Position numbers and translations under genes: made by a program
From: Chamaesiphon sp.
Lineage (GTDB): Bacteria; Cyanobacteriota; Cyanobacteriia; Cyanobacteriales; Chamaesiphonaceae
Direction of reading: 5' to 3'
DNA length: 64,000 nucleotides
Assembly: GCA_965246715.1 (NCBI GenBank)
Contig: CBDFFH010000022.1
Coordinates: 64,001 to 128,000 of the forward strand
The notes under the pieces: model-generated
Databases searched by the model: none
The model's input: the letters and a program-made list of their open reading frames with translations, nothing else
Told to the model about the DNA's origin: nothing
Shown: in pieces, positions 21,979 through 31,303 of the stretch
How positions within the stretch are numbered: position 1 is the first letter of the stretch
Layout: each line of letters begins with the position of its first letter

Positions 21979-22719
21979 TTACAACGTAGGAATTTGCGAA
22001 ATTTGAGTTTTAGCATGAATTGCCAGTCTACCTTGCTGCGCTTCGAGTTTGTGCAGTTGGAGCGATACACCTGGGATGTTGAAGTTTCGCAAGTCTAGTA
22101 AAGCAGTCAGCTGTTCGAAAATCACCATTACTAACTTGAGTGTCAAACCTTGACCCTCAGCCGCTAAAATTTCCAATGAGATCCGATTGCCATTCTCATG
22201 AATCTGCGGGATTGCAGTTGCCGAAAATCTTTTTACCTCATCTTGCTCTCTTAGCAAAAAAGTTGCAGCGATGACAAACTTATTTTCACCAGGCAGATCT
22301 AATGTTGCTTGTTGCACATCGACAGTAACTCGCTCACCATCCATATCCATCTGCAAACCACGTAACTTGGATTGGATATAGTCACAGCCAAAGGCGCGAT
22401 TGATATCTGCTTCAGTCAAAATAATTTGGGCTTCCGCTGCGGTGGGATGGGTGAGTTCGATATTTCCAAATACAGCGCTGAGTGGATTAATCGAGACCTC
22501 ATCGGCACTGATTTTTAATGTTTCCATCCGGAGGTCTTGCTTTACCACCAAGCCCTGTCCGGAAATCTCGATCGAATCAACTTTTCCTTGAATTAAGTCA
22601 ATGGGATTAGTGCGGAGATCGACATCAATTTTTTCGACAGTATCTAGTTGGCTACTAATGCCAGCTTCGACAACTTTGTTTAATGCGATATCACCCAAGT
22701 TGGGATTGTTAGCTCCCAT
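21979..22719 (-). CDS. DUF2993 (LmeA-like) protein
   Basis: LIQGKVDSIEISGQGL and LTEADINRAF motifs. Confidence 0.75.
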   Translation of the reverse strand: MGANNPNLGDIALNKVVEAGISSQLDTVEKIDVDLRTNPIDLIQGKVDSIEISGQGLVVKQDLRMETLKISADEVSINPLSAVFGNIELTHPTAAEAQIILTEADINRAFGCDYIQSKLRGLQMDMDGERVTVDVQQATLDLPGENKFVIAATFLLREQDEVKRFSATAIPQIHENGNRISLEILAAEGQGLTLKLVMVIFEQLTALLDLRNFNIPGVSLQLHKLEAQQGRLAIHAKTQISQIPTL

Positions 22720-22805
22720 GTGTTAGATCTCCGTTCGATTTCTAAAGTTAGTTACAAGTCATTAAGCTTGTAAACAGAGCTTAACAAAAATCGATGACAA
22801 CTATA

Positions 22806-22846
22806 TCTATCCAAAGAGATACAACCCCTCTATCTCTTCAGATAGA
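22806..22846. promoter_or_regulatory. Candidate tandem operator TCTATC-N6-GATA(C/G)A
   Basis: tctatc-caaaga-gataca (22806-22823) and tctatc-tcttca-gataga (22829-22846), upstream of the DUF2993 gene. Confidence 0.4.
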
Positions 22847-23129
22847 AGGCTTAAGGCTAGAGCGACTGAGTTCGCTTGCAGCTTGACTAGCAAACTCAAC
22901 AAGTAGTATTTAAAGTAACTAAGGAGCCTACCGATCTCGCTCGGTAGAGACAAGAGACTAATTATTAAATTATTAAAATTCAATCAAAAGTTTGCAATCA
23001 AAAACTTATCATTTTTTTGACAACGGCTCGTCTATTCACATTAAAATAAACTACTTAGTAATGAGTATTTAATAAGATGCAGAGCTACGCTTACCCCTAC
23101 CAAAGGAGGAATTGTAAGCTATTTAATTC

Positions 23130-23606
23130 TTATTCCTTAAAGATTGCACCTCTCGATCGTAAATCGCTCACCTGTACGGGCGTTAAGCCGATCGAGTCTC
23201 GAAAGTCACATCTACTGACGATCGCATTCGTCCAAATCGTCTCATTTAATGTCGCCCCACGCAAATCTGCCGCACTCAAATTTGCCCGACTAAAATTCCC
23301 AAAAATCAGATCGGCATCCTGAAAACAGCATTTTGTGAGATTGGCATCCGTCAGATTAGCCCGAATAAAATTCACGCCATCCAACCTCAGTCCTGTCAAA
23401 TCCACACCCATTAATTGCGGAAACTTCATGCGATCGGGATAGCTCAAAAACCGCTCGACACAGCTAATATTACCCTCGCTTGATGTCAGCTGAGTCAATA
23501 GCTTCGCATACCGTAGCAATCCAACTTCTTCCAGCCACTGCAACCGTCGATCGATCGAACTATTTAAAAACTCTTTGGCTGAATTTCGAGAAAAGGTAGT
23601 TGTCAC
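23130..23606 (-). CDS. Pentapeptide repeat protein
   Basis: A(N/D)LXX repeats: ANLTDANLT, ADLIF, ANLSAADLRGATLN. Confidence 0.85.
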   Translation of the reverse strand: MTTTFSRNSAKEFLNSSIDRRLQWLEEVGLLRYAKLLTQLTSSEGNISCVERFLSYPDRMKFPQLMGVDLTGLRLDGVNFIRANLTDANLTKCCFQDADLIFGNFSRANLSAADLRGATLNETIWTNAIVSRCDFRDSIGLTPVQVSDLRSRGAIFKE

Positions 23607-23850
23607 AATATTCTGTGGGCACCAGTCGCGCGAACTTATCTCGATCTTAACTTGGTTTATGGTTTTGGGGAGGGGATTCGATCGACTTGTCAGGAATGTA
23701 GTGTGCCCTGGCTGTATCCATCAAATGAGGGACGATAACCAGCCCTCGCGTTCGCGGGTAGACGCGATCGATAAACTTACGCCAATCGATCGTAAGCGAA
23801 TATCGATCGGGAGGAGCCAATGATAACTAAATTAAAATAAATCGGCCATT

Positions 23851-25326
23851 ATGAATAGATTACTCCCGGCTTTTCTAGGTATTGCAACGATTGCCTTAAT
23901 TCAGCCTTATAGTATTGCCGCAGAACCGGGTGCCAATCTAGCGGCAGCCGAGCGATTTCTTTCGGCTGGGGTAAATAAATTTAACAATGGCGATCGACAG
24001 GGTGCGTTGGCTGACTATAACCAAGCAATTCAACTCAACTCTGGATATGCTTTAGCTTATATGAATCGCGGAGTTGTCAAATCGGCACTAGGCGATCGTA
24101 ACGGGGCAATTGCAGACTTCGATCGAGCAATTTTTCTTAATCCACGCTTCGACCGAGCATATAACAATCGAGGTGCGACTAAATACGAACTTGGTAATAA
24201 AAAAAGTGCGATCGAAGACTATACGAAAGCAATTAGTATCAATCCAAAATTTGCTGCTGCCTATTTCAATCGCGGTGCGACTAAATACGAATTGGGGGAA
24301 CGAAGGGCAGCTCTAGCTGACTACAATCTGGCGATCGCCATCGATCCTAGATATGCAGAAGCTTACTACAGTAGGGCAGTCGTTCGGGCAGAGTTGGGCG
24401 ACAAGCATGGGGCAATTGCTGACTACACTATGGCGATCTCTATCGATCGAAAGTATGCTGCCGCTTATTACAATCGCGGTGCGCTGAGGTATGCAATGGG
24501 TCAACATCAAGCAGGTTTAGCCGACTTCGATCTAGCTGTTTCCCTCAATCCTCACTATGCTAATAAAGATTATAGTACGCTAATTGCCACGCCAAATTAC
24601 TATACAACCTTATTCATCTTCAATCCTTGGTATTTTGGCGGTTATTATCATCGCAATCGGGTTGTTTATTACGATCGTGCGATCGTTAATAATCAGATTT
24701 ATATCGACAGTTATTATCAGCAACCGACTGTCATCATTAACACTAGCCCAACGATTCAAGTCAATCCAGTATCCGAACGGCGGAATGGCGATCGCCAAAC
24801 AGTAATTATCAATACCCAAACCACTCAACAGGTGAAACCGCGATCGAATCGGACTGAAACTAATTCTCGAACGGTAACTATTAATAATCAAACTATTCAG
24901 CGTAGCAGCGATCGGATCGAACAAATTCGTCAAACAAATATCATCGAAACTCAAACCGATCGACAGCGCGAACAAAGATCCGAGCGCGGCGAGAATTCGA
25001 TAACTTCTAATAATAATCGATCGATTCAACAGATTAAGCCGCGCTCCGAACGGATCGATAACGTCACTAATGAAGATCGCAATATTCCAGAAGTTAAGCC
25101 GAATTACAATCGAACCGACAATAATCGCAATAATACCGACAACGGATCGATCCAACAGGTTACAACGAGCGAAACTCGGTGGGAACGCAACGATCGCAAT
25201 AACGATCGGAGTACCTCAGCTCCTCAGCGCGATAGTAGTGTCGATCGACAATATCGCGAGCGTACTACTAATAACGATCGAGAGGTAAATACCGATCGCG
25301 GCGAACGGAGATCCAGAAACAGGTAA
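23851..25326 (+). CDS. Secreted TPR protein with low-complexity C-terminal tail
   Basis: Signal-like N-terminus, about six AYxNRG...AIADY TPR units, R/N/D/T-rich tail. Confidence 0.85.
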   Translation: MNRLLPAFLGIATIALIQPYSIAAEPGANLAAAERFLSAGVNKFNNGDRQGALADYNQAIQLNSGYALAYMNRGVVKSALGDRNGAIADFDRAIFLNPRFDRAYNNRGATKYELGNKKSAIEDYTKAISINPKFAAAYFNRGATKYELGERRAALADYNLAIAIDPRYAEAYYSRAVVRAELGDKHGAIADYTMAISIDRKYAAAYYNRGALRYAMGQHQAGLADFDLAVSLNPHYANKDYSTLIATPNYYTTLFIFNPWYFGGYYHRNRVVYYDRAIVNNQIYIDSYYQQPTVIINTSPTIQVNPVSERRNGDRQTVIINTQTTQQVKPRSNRTETNSRTVTINNQTIQRSSDRIEQIRQTNIIETQTDRQREQRSERGENSITSNNNRSIQQIKPRSERIDNVTNEDRNIPEVKPNYNRTDNNRNNTDNGSIQQVTTSETRWERNDRNNDRSTSAPQRDSSVDRQYRERTTNNDREVNTDRGERRSRNR

Positions 25327-25368
25327 AACCGGCTTGAATTGGAGAATGAAATATTCATCGTTATTTAA

Positions 25369-25398
25369 GGTAGGGGCAATTCATGAATTGCCCCTACC
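25369..25398. repeat. Perfect 30-bp REP-like palindrome; contains two perfect IS110 target sites
   Basis: ggtaggggcaattca|tgaattgcccctacc. Confidence 0.9.
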
Positions 25399-25412
25399 CT
25401 AAATTTGGCGTG

Positions 25413-25545
25413 GGCGTTGCTGAATTAATGTATGAAACGCACAAACAATTTTTGTAGGGGTAATGCCTCGTGCTTACCCCGCATCGATTCAGGGTACTCA
25501 CAAGGGGCACCCCTACAAAAAATCATACCCATATTCAGCAACGCC
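25413..25545 (-). mobile_element. MITE family A, short copy
   Basis: TIRs GGCGTTGCTGAAT/ATTCAGCAACGCC. Flanked by direct repeat aatttggcgtg (25402-25412 and 25546-25556). Reverse complement of the 38953 copy without its internal hairpin module. Confidence 0.85.
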
Positions 25546-25633
25546 AATTTGGCGTGTTTGTCTCTAAAATAAATCAACCCTGAATTCAGCAACGCCATAA
25601 AATCTAATTCGTGCTGTTGCGATCGATCGCCGA

Positions 25634-26479
25634 CTAAGCTCGGAGGTTCGATTGCCGTGCCGAATGTGCCGCACCCAAAGCCACCAAATCGCCACCATGA
25701 GGACTGACTCGAACGGTACAAGCTGCCCAGAGATCGGGAAGAGTACACTGTTGGGCGCTTGCTAATGCAGCATCGAGATAACCTCGGTAGCGTAACGTAC
25801 CGCCGGATAGTTCGAGCGCTTCTGGATTGAAGAGATTAATTAATGTCGCCAAACCCAATCCCAAAGCAGATCCAGCGCGATCGATTGTCTCCAGCACAAT
25901 CGGATCTTTAGCGGCAATTAGCGATGGCAATCGATCGGCATCCAGCCCCAACTGCTGTAAGATTGCCGCACCGCTGGCTTGCGAATCGAGTGTAGCGCCA
26001 TTACTAGCGATCGGAATACTCCCTAATTCCCCCGCCCAGCCATTAGTCCCCCGCAACACTCGTTCGTCCACACAGATGGCTGCACCGATTCCGGTACCTA
26101 CCATTACCACAATCGCTACAGACTTGGGCTGTAAATCGGCAACTACCCGAACTAGTGCGGCTTCGGCATCATTGAGGACGCACACTGGGCAAATCGATTG
26201 TAACGTTAGTGATGGTGCCCAACCGACAAGCTGTGGTAGTACATCACAAGCGATCGTCATCCCGCTCGCATCGACTAATCCTGGTATGGCAATCCCGATA
26301 CTCTGACAGGGAATTGGTATCGATCGCACGAATTCCTCGATCGCGATTTCTGCATCACGTCCAGAAAACTGCTTACCTGTAGCTATTTGCTGACGCGCTT
26401 GGATACCATCCTTCCCCACAGCCACCATCAGCATTTTCGTTCCACCGATATCGATGCCAATTTGGAGCTGTTCTGTCAT
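25634..26479 (-). CDS. ROK family sugar kinase
   Basis: GIDIGGTK, NDAEAA, GTGIGAA, AGELG. Confidence 0.9.
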   Translation of the reverse strand: MTEQLQIGIDIGGTKMLMVAVGKDGIQARQQIATGKQFSGRDAEIAIEEFVRSIPIPCQSIGIAIPGLVDASGMTIACDVLPQLVGWAPSLTLQSICPVCVLNDAEAALVRVVADLQPKSVAIVVMVGTGIGAAICVDERVLRGTNGWAGELGSIPIASNGATLDSQASGAAILQQLGLDADRLPSLIAAKDPIVLETIDRAGSALGLGLATLINLFNPEALELSGGTLRYRGYLDAALASAQQCTLPDLWAACTVRVSPHGGDLVALGAAHSARQSNLRA

Positions 26480-26484
26480 CTAAA

Positions 26485-27735
26485 TTAACTTGCCAATCGA
26501 ATTCCAGTAAATTGCCACCGTGCCGCAGTGGGGAAAAAATTCCGATAAGTCGATCGAATATGCAAGTGCGAAGTGACGCAGGAACCGCCGCGTAACACCA
26601 TTTGATTGCACATAAACTTGCCGTTATATTCCCCGATCGCGCCGTCGGCAATCTCAAATCCAGGGTAGGGCAAATAGGCACTCTGCGTCCATTCCCATAC
26701 ATCCCCAAAAAATTGATGGTTTCGATCGATCGCAGGTGCTGGATGTAGGCTATCTCGATCGAGAAAATTTCCCGACATTGGTTCGTCAGCCACCGCAACT
26801 TCCCATTCAGCTTCCGTCGGGAGCCGCTTACCGCACCAACTCGCATAAGCATCCGCCTCAAAAAAGCTCACATGACAGACGGGTTCGTTTTCAGCTAATT
26901 TTCTCAAGCCTCCAAGTGTCATCACCCACCACTGGCCATCGATTTCCTCCCAATAAAACGGAGCTTGCCATTGCAGGCTTTGTAGCGTCGCCCAGCCCTC
27001 AGCTAGCCAATATTTCGATTGCTGGTAGCCCCCAGCTTCAATAAATTCCAAATACTCGCCATTAGTCACCAACCGACTGCCTAATCGATAGTCTTGCAGA
27101 TAGGTTTTGTGGCGTGGCGACTCATTATCGAAAGCAAATTCATTACCTTGATACCCGATCTCATACACTCCACCAGCATATTCCAACCATTGATGAGTGC
27201 TGCTGGGAGCATGTTGTGAGCGGGTTAAATCGGAGCGATACACTGGATGAAGCGGATTTAGTGCCAGAATATGTTTGATATCCGTCAGCAGTAATTCTTG
27301 ATGCTGCTGTTCGTGGTGCAATCCCAGCGTAACTAGCGAAGCGATGTGTGGCTCTTCAGCTGTGTTAGCAAGTAATATTGCCATCGATCGATCGACATGC
27401 TCGCGGTAACTATATACTTCCGTTACCGTCGGACGCGAGAGCAATCCTCTGTGATGACGTGGATGTCGATCGCCGATCGCCTCATAATAGGAATTAAATA
27501 AGTAGCCAAACTGGGGATGAAAGACCGTATATCTCGGTAAATGCGGTACGAGCAAAAAGGTTTCAAAAAACCAGGTGGTGTGCGCCAGATGCCATTTGGG
27601 AGGACTCACATCCGGCATACTTTGGATGACATAATCCTCGCTTTCTAGGGGTTTACAGATACTTTCGCTAACTTGTCGAACTTGCTGATATTGGCTGAGT
27701 AAGGATAGTGCTGGAATAGAAATAGTCGATCGCAT
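26485..27735 (-). CDS. egtB: Ergothioneine biosynthesis sulfoxide synthase
   Basis: DinB-like SPPKWHLAHTTWFFE, HHEQQHQEL, FGE domain GDVWEWT, EYNGKFM, LRGGS. Confidence 0.92.
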   Translation of the reverse strand: MRSTISIPALSLLSQYQQVRQVSESICKPLESEDYVIQSMPDVSPPKWHLAHTTWFFETFLLVPHLPRYTVFHPQFGYLFNSYYEAIGDRHPRHHRGLLSRPTVTEVYSYREHVDRSMAILLANTAEEPHIASLVTLGLHHEQQHQELLLTDIKHILALNPLHPVYRSDLTRSQHAPSSTHQWLEYAGGVYEIGYQGNEFAFDNESPRHKTYLQDYRLGSRLVTNGEYLEFIEAGGYQQSKYWLAEGWATLQSLQWQAPFYWEEIDGQWWVMTLGGLRKLAENEPVCHVSFFEADAYASWCGKRLPTEAEWEVAVADEPMSGNFLDRDSLHPAPAIDRNHQFFGDVWEWTQSAYLPYPGFEIADGAIGEYNGKFMCNQMVLRGGSCVTSHLHIRSTYRNFFPTAARWQFTGIRLAS

Positions 27736-28109
27736 AAATATTTTAGGCTGATACTTACAATTGGTTTAACTATTAAAATCTGGATGATTCGATCGCGATC
27801 GTCATATATTTTCGCAAACCACACGACAGAAGATCACATCCAACTAGCCATTTTTGATAACAACAGTCATATCAGTCTCTACAACTACTATACCTATTAA
27901 ATATTAACTAGAGACGATCGCTATTGCCCACCAGCTATTTGGTAGCAATAAGGTAGAGTTTTTCCGAAAGAAAAATCGATATTATTCGGAAAATGTAAAT
28001 CTGCGATCTTCACTACAATAAATAGTACCGATCGCAGTATGATATAGCGGGTGTCAGATCCGAACCGATTGGATGCGATCGTGTCGACCAAACTTATATT
28101 AGGTGCTAA

Positions 28110-29567
28110 ATGAAAAACCTACCGATCGTGACGGGGATTGTTGGCTGCTCGCTAGCATTGAGTTTATCCGGCGAAGCCGCTCGTGCTTCTAGCTTGGGAA
28201 TCGATCCGAGTATTCAAAGCCAGTTTAATATTACGCCGTTTGCTACGGGTTTGGATTTTCCTAATGGGATCGCACAACTCAGCGATGGTTCGCTGTTAGT
28301 CGGCACCAGTCAGGGGAATGGCTACTTCGATCCGCAAGCAAAAGGTCAACTCGTGCGCTTTCAAGATACTAACGGCGATGGTGTTGCCGATAGTAAAACG
28401 GTTTTGTATGACGGATCGAGAGCTGGGAATAATTTACCTGGTGGGATTACCGCAATTCGATCGATCGACAACTACTTATTTGTCGCCAGCGACTTACCCA
28501 GTAAATATCGCATTTCCGTGTTCCAACAGGGCACCGATTTCAGCGCTGATTCTTTGGCTTTAAAAGGTTCGCTCGACTTCGCTTATCCTGCTTCATACAT
28601 CCATCCCTCATCGGCTTTAGCAGTTCGTCAAACTGCAGGACAACAATATGAGCTATTCTTTAATGTCGGCTCGGCTGGAAATAATCAAATAACTACTCCA
28701 GGAACTGTCACTGTCAATAGCGGAATTTTTAATGTTGCGGCAACTCTCAATGGTGATTCTATTTATAAACTGCCGATTACTATTGGTACGTCGAATTTAA
28801 CTATTGCCAACCCCGTGCAAGTTGCGAGTGGATTGCGGAATGCAGCGGCGCTGGAATTCGATCGCATGACAGGCGCTTTGTATATTGGTGACAATGGCAT
28901 CGATGGTTTGACAAATGCTAATAATGCCCTGACAGCAGACGAACTAAATCGATTAACCACCGCTCAGCTTGCTAGTGGCGATATCAAAAACTTTGGGTTT
29001 CCCAATTATAGTGAAAAATACGATAACCCCGGCGTGTATATCGATGGGAACGATCGAATCGTTAGCAAAACCGACCCAAATTGGATCGACCCCCTGGCCA
29101 CTTTTCAGCCACTGACAAACCCACCGCCAGATTCTGATAGTGAAGGGGTTGCGTCGATCTCATTTGCACCCAAAAACTTTCCGACAGGAACGAATAATGG
29201 TGCTTTTGTGGGCTTTTTCGGTCGGTTCGGATATCAATCGGGCGACGATCGCGAAAACCCATTAGTTTACTACGATCTCGATACTGGGCGCTATTTTCAT
29301 TTTCTCAGCAGTAAGTATCCTGGTGGCGATTTCGGTCACTTTACCAACTTATTATCCACTCAAGACACGCTGTTTACTGTAGATATCGCAGCTGGATCTG
29401 GCTCGCTGTTTAGCTCGGCTGGTTTGGGTAAAGGCGCGATTTACCAAATTACATCCTCGTCACTCCCAGCTCAGTCTGTCCCCGAACCATCAACACTCTT
29501 GGGTACGCTCGTCACCCTGGGTTGTGGGATCTGGCTTAAACGCACGGTTAAGCACTCAGGTCGTTAA
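28110..29567 (+). CDS. PEP-CTERM-anchored beta-propeller (glucose/sorbosone dehydrogenase-like)
   Basis: Signal peptide, GLDFPNG, GLRNAAAL, DELN, NFGFP; C-terminal VPEPSTLLG + TM + KR. Confidence 0.8.
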   Translation: MKNLPIVTGIVGCSLALSLSGEAARASSLGIDPSIQSQFNITPFATGLDFPNGIAQLSDGSLLVGTSQGNGYFDPQAKGQLVRFQDTNGDGVADSKTVLYDGSRAGNNLPGGITAIRSIDNYLFVASDLPSKYRISVFQQGTDFSADSLALKGSLDFAYPASYIHPSSALAVRQTAGQQYELFFNVGSAGNNQITTPGTVTVNSGIFNVAATLNGDSIYKLPITIGTSNLTIANPVQVASGLRNAAALEFDRMTGALYIGDNGIDGLTNANNALTADELNRLTTAQLASGDIKNFGFPNYSEKYDNPGVYIDGNDRIVSKTDPNWIDPLATFQPLTNPPPDSDSEGVASISFAPKNFPTGTNNGAFVGFFGRFGYQSGDDRENPLVYYDLDTGRYFHFLSSKYPGGDFGHFTNLLSTQDTLFTVDIAAGSGSLFSSAGLGKGAIYQITSSSLPAQSVPEPSTLLGTLVTLGCGIWLKRTVKHSGR

Positions 29568-29709
29568 ACTGGACTAACTTATCGATCGCTTAGCAGCTAC
29601 CGTAGCCGATCGAGATATGCTATGCTAGGCGACATTCGAGTTCTAGTCCGCAGTATCATGCCTGCGATCGTGTTGATGATATTTTCAGTTTTATTAGTAG
29701 ACAGCACTC

Positions 29710-29916
29710 GTGCTGCTAAGGAGGATGGTCGGATCTAAGTGTTTCGACCATTCGGTGCTAGACGTTGAGGCGAGACTAGCTCAGGCTCACAGACTTTCCA
29801 AAGATCGTGCCTATCGCGATGCCTCGGGACTATTTTTTATTGAAGGCGTTCGCAATTTCGTTCGGTTAGTAGATAATAAATTTGAGCTAGCGACGATTTT
29901 ATTTAGTGAGAAATTG
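29710..29916 (+). pseudogene. 5' fragment of a TrmH/SpoU-family RNA methyltransferase, truncated by MITE A
   Basis: RAYRDASGLFFIEGVRNF resembles the SpoU N-terminal domain; the frame enters the MITE TIR at 29917 and no 3' part follows. Confidence 0.65.
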
Positions 29917-30069
29917 GGCGTTGCTGAATATGGGTATGATTTTTTGTAGGGGTGCTCCTGTCTTGTCGTTTTTTTATTCGGGGGGAACCCCCGAATAAAA
30001 ACGCCGCTTGTGGGTACCCTGAATCGATGCGGGGTAAGCACGAGGCATTACCCCTTGTATCCTAAAGGA

Positions 30070-30282
30070 AGGTCAAAGAGTAAAATCGTAAGACCGAGCA
30101 TCAACAGCAAAAGGGAAAGGGAAATTCGGATTGCCCCTAGGGACACCAAGCCCGTTAAGTAGATCGAATTACCTTAACCTAAACAGTGGAACCAGTCAAA
30201 GCTGGACAGTATCAGAGGTCGTCCCAAACGGGTAAACCTGCATTTACAAGGATAGTTTATCGCCACTAATTGCTGTTGAAGC
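30070..30282 (+). ncRNA. Putative IS110 bridge RNA (ends approximate)
   Basis: Target loop ATTGCCCCT (30130-38) + GTAG (30159-62) closed by aattcg/cgaatt. Donor loop ACAGTATC (30206-13) + TACAAG (30245-50) closed by agtgg/ccact. Confidence 0.85.
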
Positions 30283-30308
30283 AGTCCATTAGCAGATAGG
30301 AACTGGCC

Positions 30309-31301
30309 ATGAGTAATTCAAACGAAGAGTTAGACATACTCGGTATCGACATCAGCAAAGCCAAATTTGACGTAGCCTTACTCAAAAACAACGGCAAAGA
30401 CAAAATCAAAAGCAAGGTATTTGCGAATACCCCAGAAGGGTTTGAGCAATTACAGGAGTGGCTAAACAGCCAAGGAGTAACCAAACTACATGGCTGCATG
30501 GAAGCAACTAGCATTTACGGAAATGCCCTAGCCAGATTTCTAGTTGCAGCAGGATACATCGTAAGTATCGTTAATCCATCCCGTCCAAAAGCATTTGGAC
30601 GAAGTGAATTAAGTCGGACGAAAACCGATCGTGCGGATGCAAAAGTGATTGCCAGATTTGGCGCGGCATTACGCCCAGCACCCTGGACTCCTCCAGCGAT
30701 CGAAGTCGAACAACTTCAAGCTTTGGTTCATCGCTGGGATAGTTTGACTGCCATGCAGCAACAAGAGCAGAATCGACTCGAAACGGTTGACCCAATTTTA
30801 GTCGAGGCGATCGCCGCACATATTGACTTCCTCAAGCAACAAGTTGCTGCGACTCAACAACTGATTCGCGACCATTTCGATCGATCCCCCACTCTTAAAG
30901 CTCAACGAGATTTACTGATTTCGATGCCAGGTATTGCCGCCGCTACTGCAACGGTAATACTAGCCGAAATTCGCGATGTGGCTACCTTTGACAGTGCCGA
31001 CCAGCTTGCTGCTTTTGCGGGTTTGACCCCGCATGAGTTTTCTTCTGGTTCCTCTGTTCATGGCAAACCCCGTTTGTCTAAGATCGGTAACGCTCGTTTG
31101 AGAAAGGCTCTCTATCTGCCTGCGATTGTTGCTCGTCGCGATCATCCCTTGATTCAGGTTTTTTGCGACCGTCTGTTGGCTAAAGGTAAGTCGAAAATGG
31201 CGATGATTGGTGCTGCTATGCACAAACTTCTGCGCCAGGTCTTTGGTGTGCTGAAATCTCAACAACCTTTTGACCCGAATTTTCTTTCTCTTCTCTCTTG
31301 A
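30309..31301 (+). CDS. IS110-family DEDD recombinase/transposase
   Basis: GIDISK (D), MEATS (E), KTDRAD (DD), and AGLTP...SSGSS...SKIGNARLRKAL with the catalytic Ser; intact 330 aa. Confidence 0.96.
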   Translation: MSNSNEELDILGIDISKAKFDVALLKNNGKDKIKSKVFANTPEGFEQLQEWLNSQGVTKLHGCMEATSIYGNALARFLVAAGYIVSIVNPSRPKAFGRSELSRTKTDRADAKVIARFGAALRPAPWTPPAIEVEQLQALVHRWDSLTAMQQQEQNRLETVDPILVEAIAAHIDFLKQQVAATQQLIRDHFDRSPTLKAQRDLLISMPGIAAATATVILAEIRDVATFDSADQLAAFAGLTPHEFSSGSSVHGKPRLSKIGNARLRKALYLPAIVARRDHPLIQVFCDRLLAKGKSKMAMIGAAMHKLLRQVFGVLKSQQPFDPNFLSLLS

Positions 31302-31303
31302 CT
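31298..31303 (+). promoter_or_regulatory. -35 half (TTGACT) of the circle-junction promoter; the -10 half TATCCT is at 30058-30063
   Basis: Joining the ends gives TTGACT-ctcaagacagtatcttg (17 nt)-TATCCT. Confidence 0.75.

Noticed and set aside
25425..25748. ORFs over MITE A copies (also 29811-30041 and 39045-39233)
   Set aside because: Chance frames through repeat DNA.
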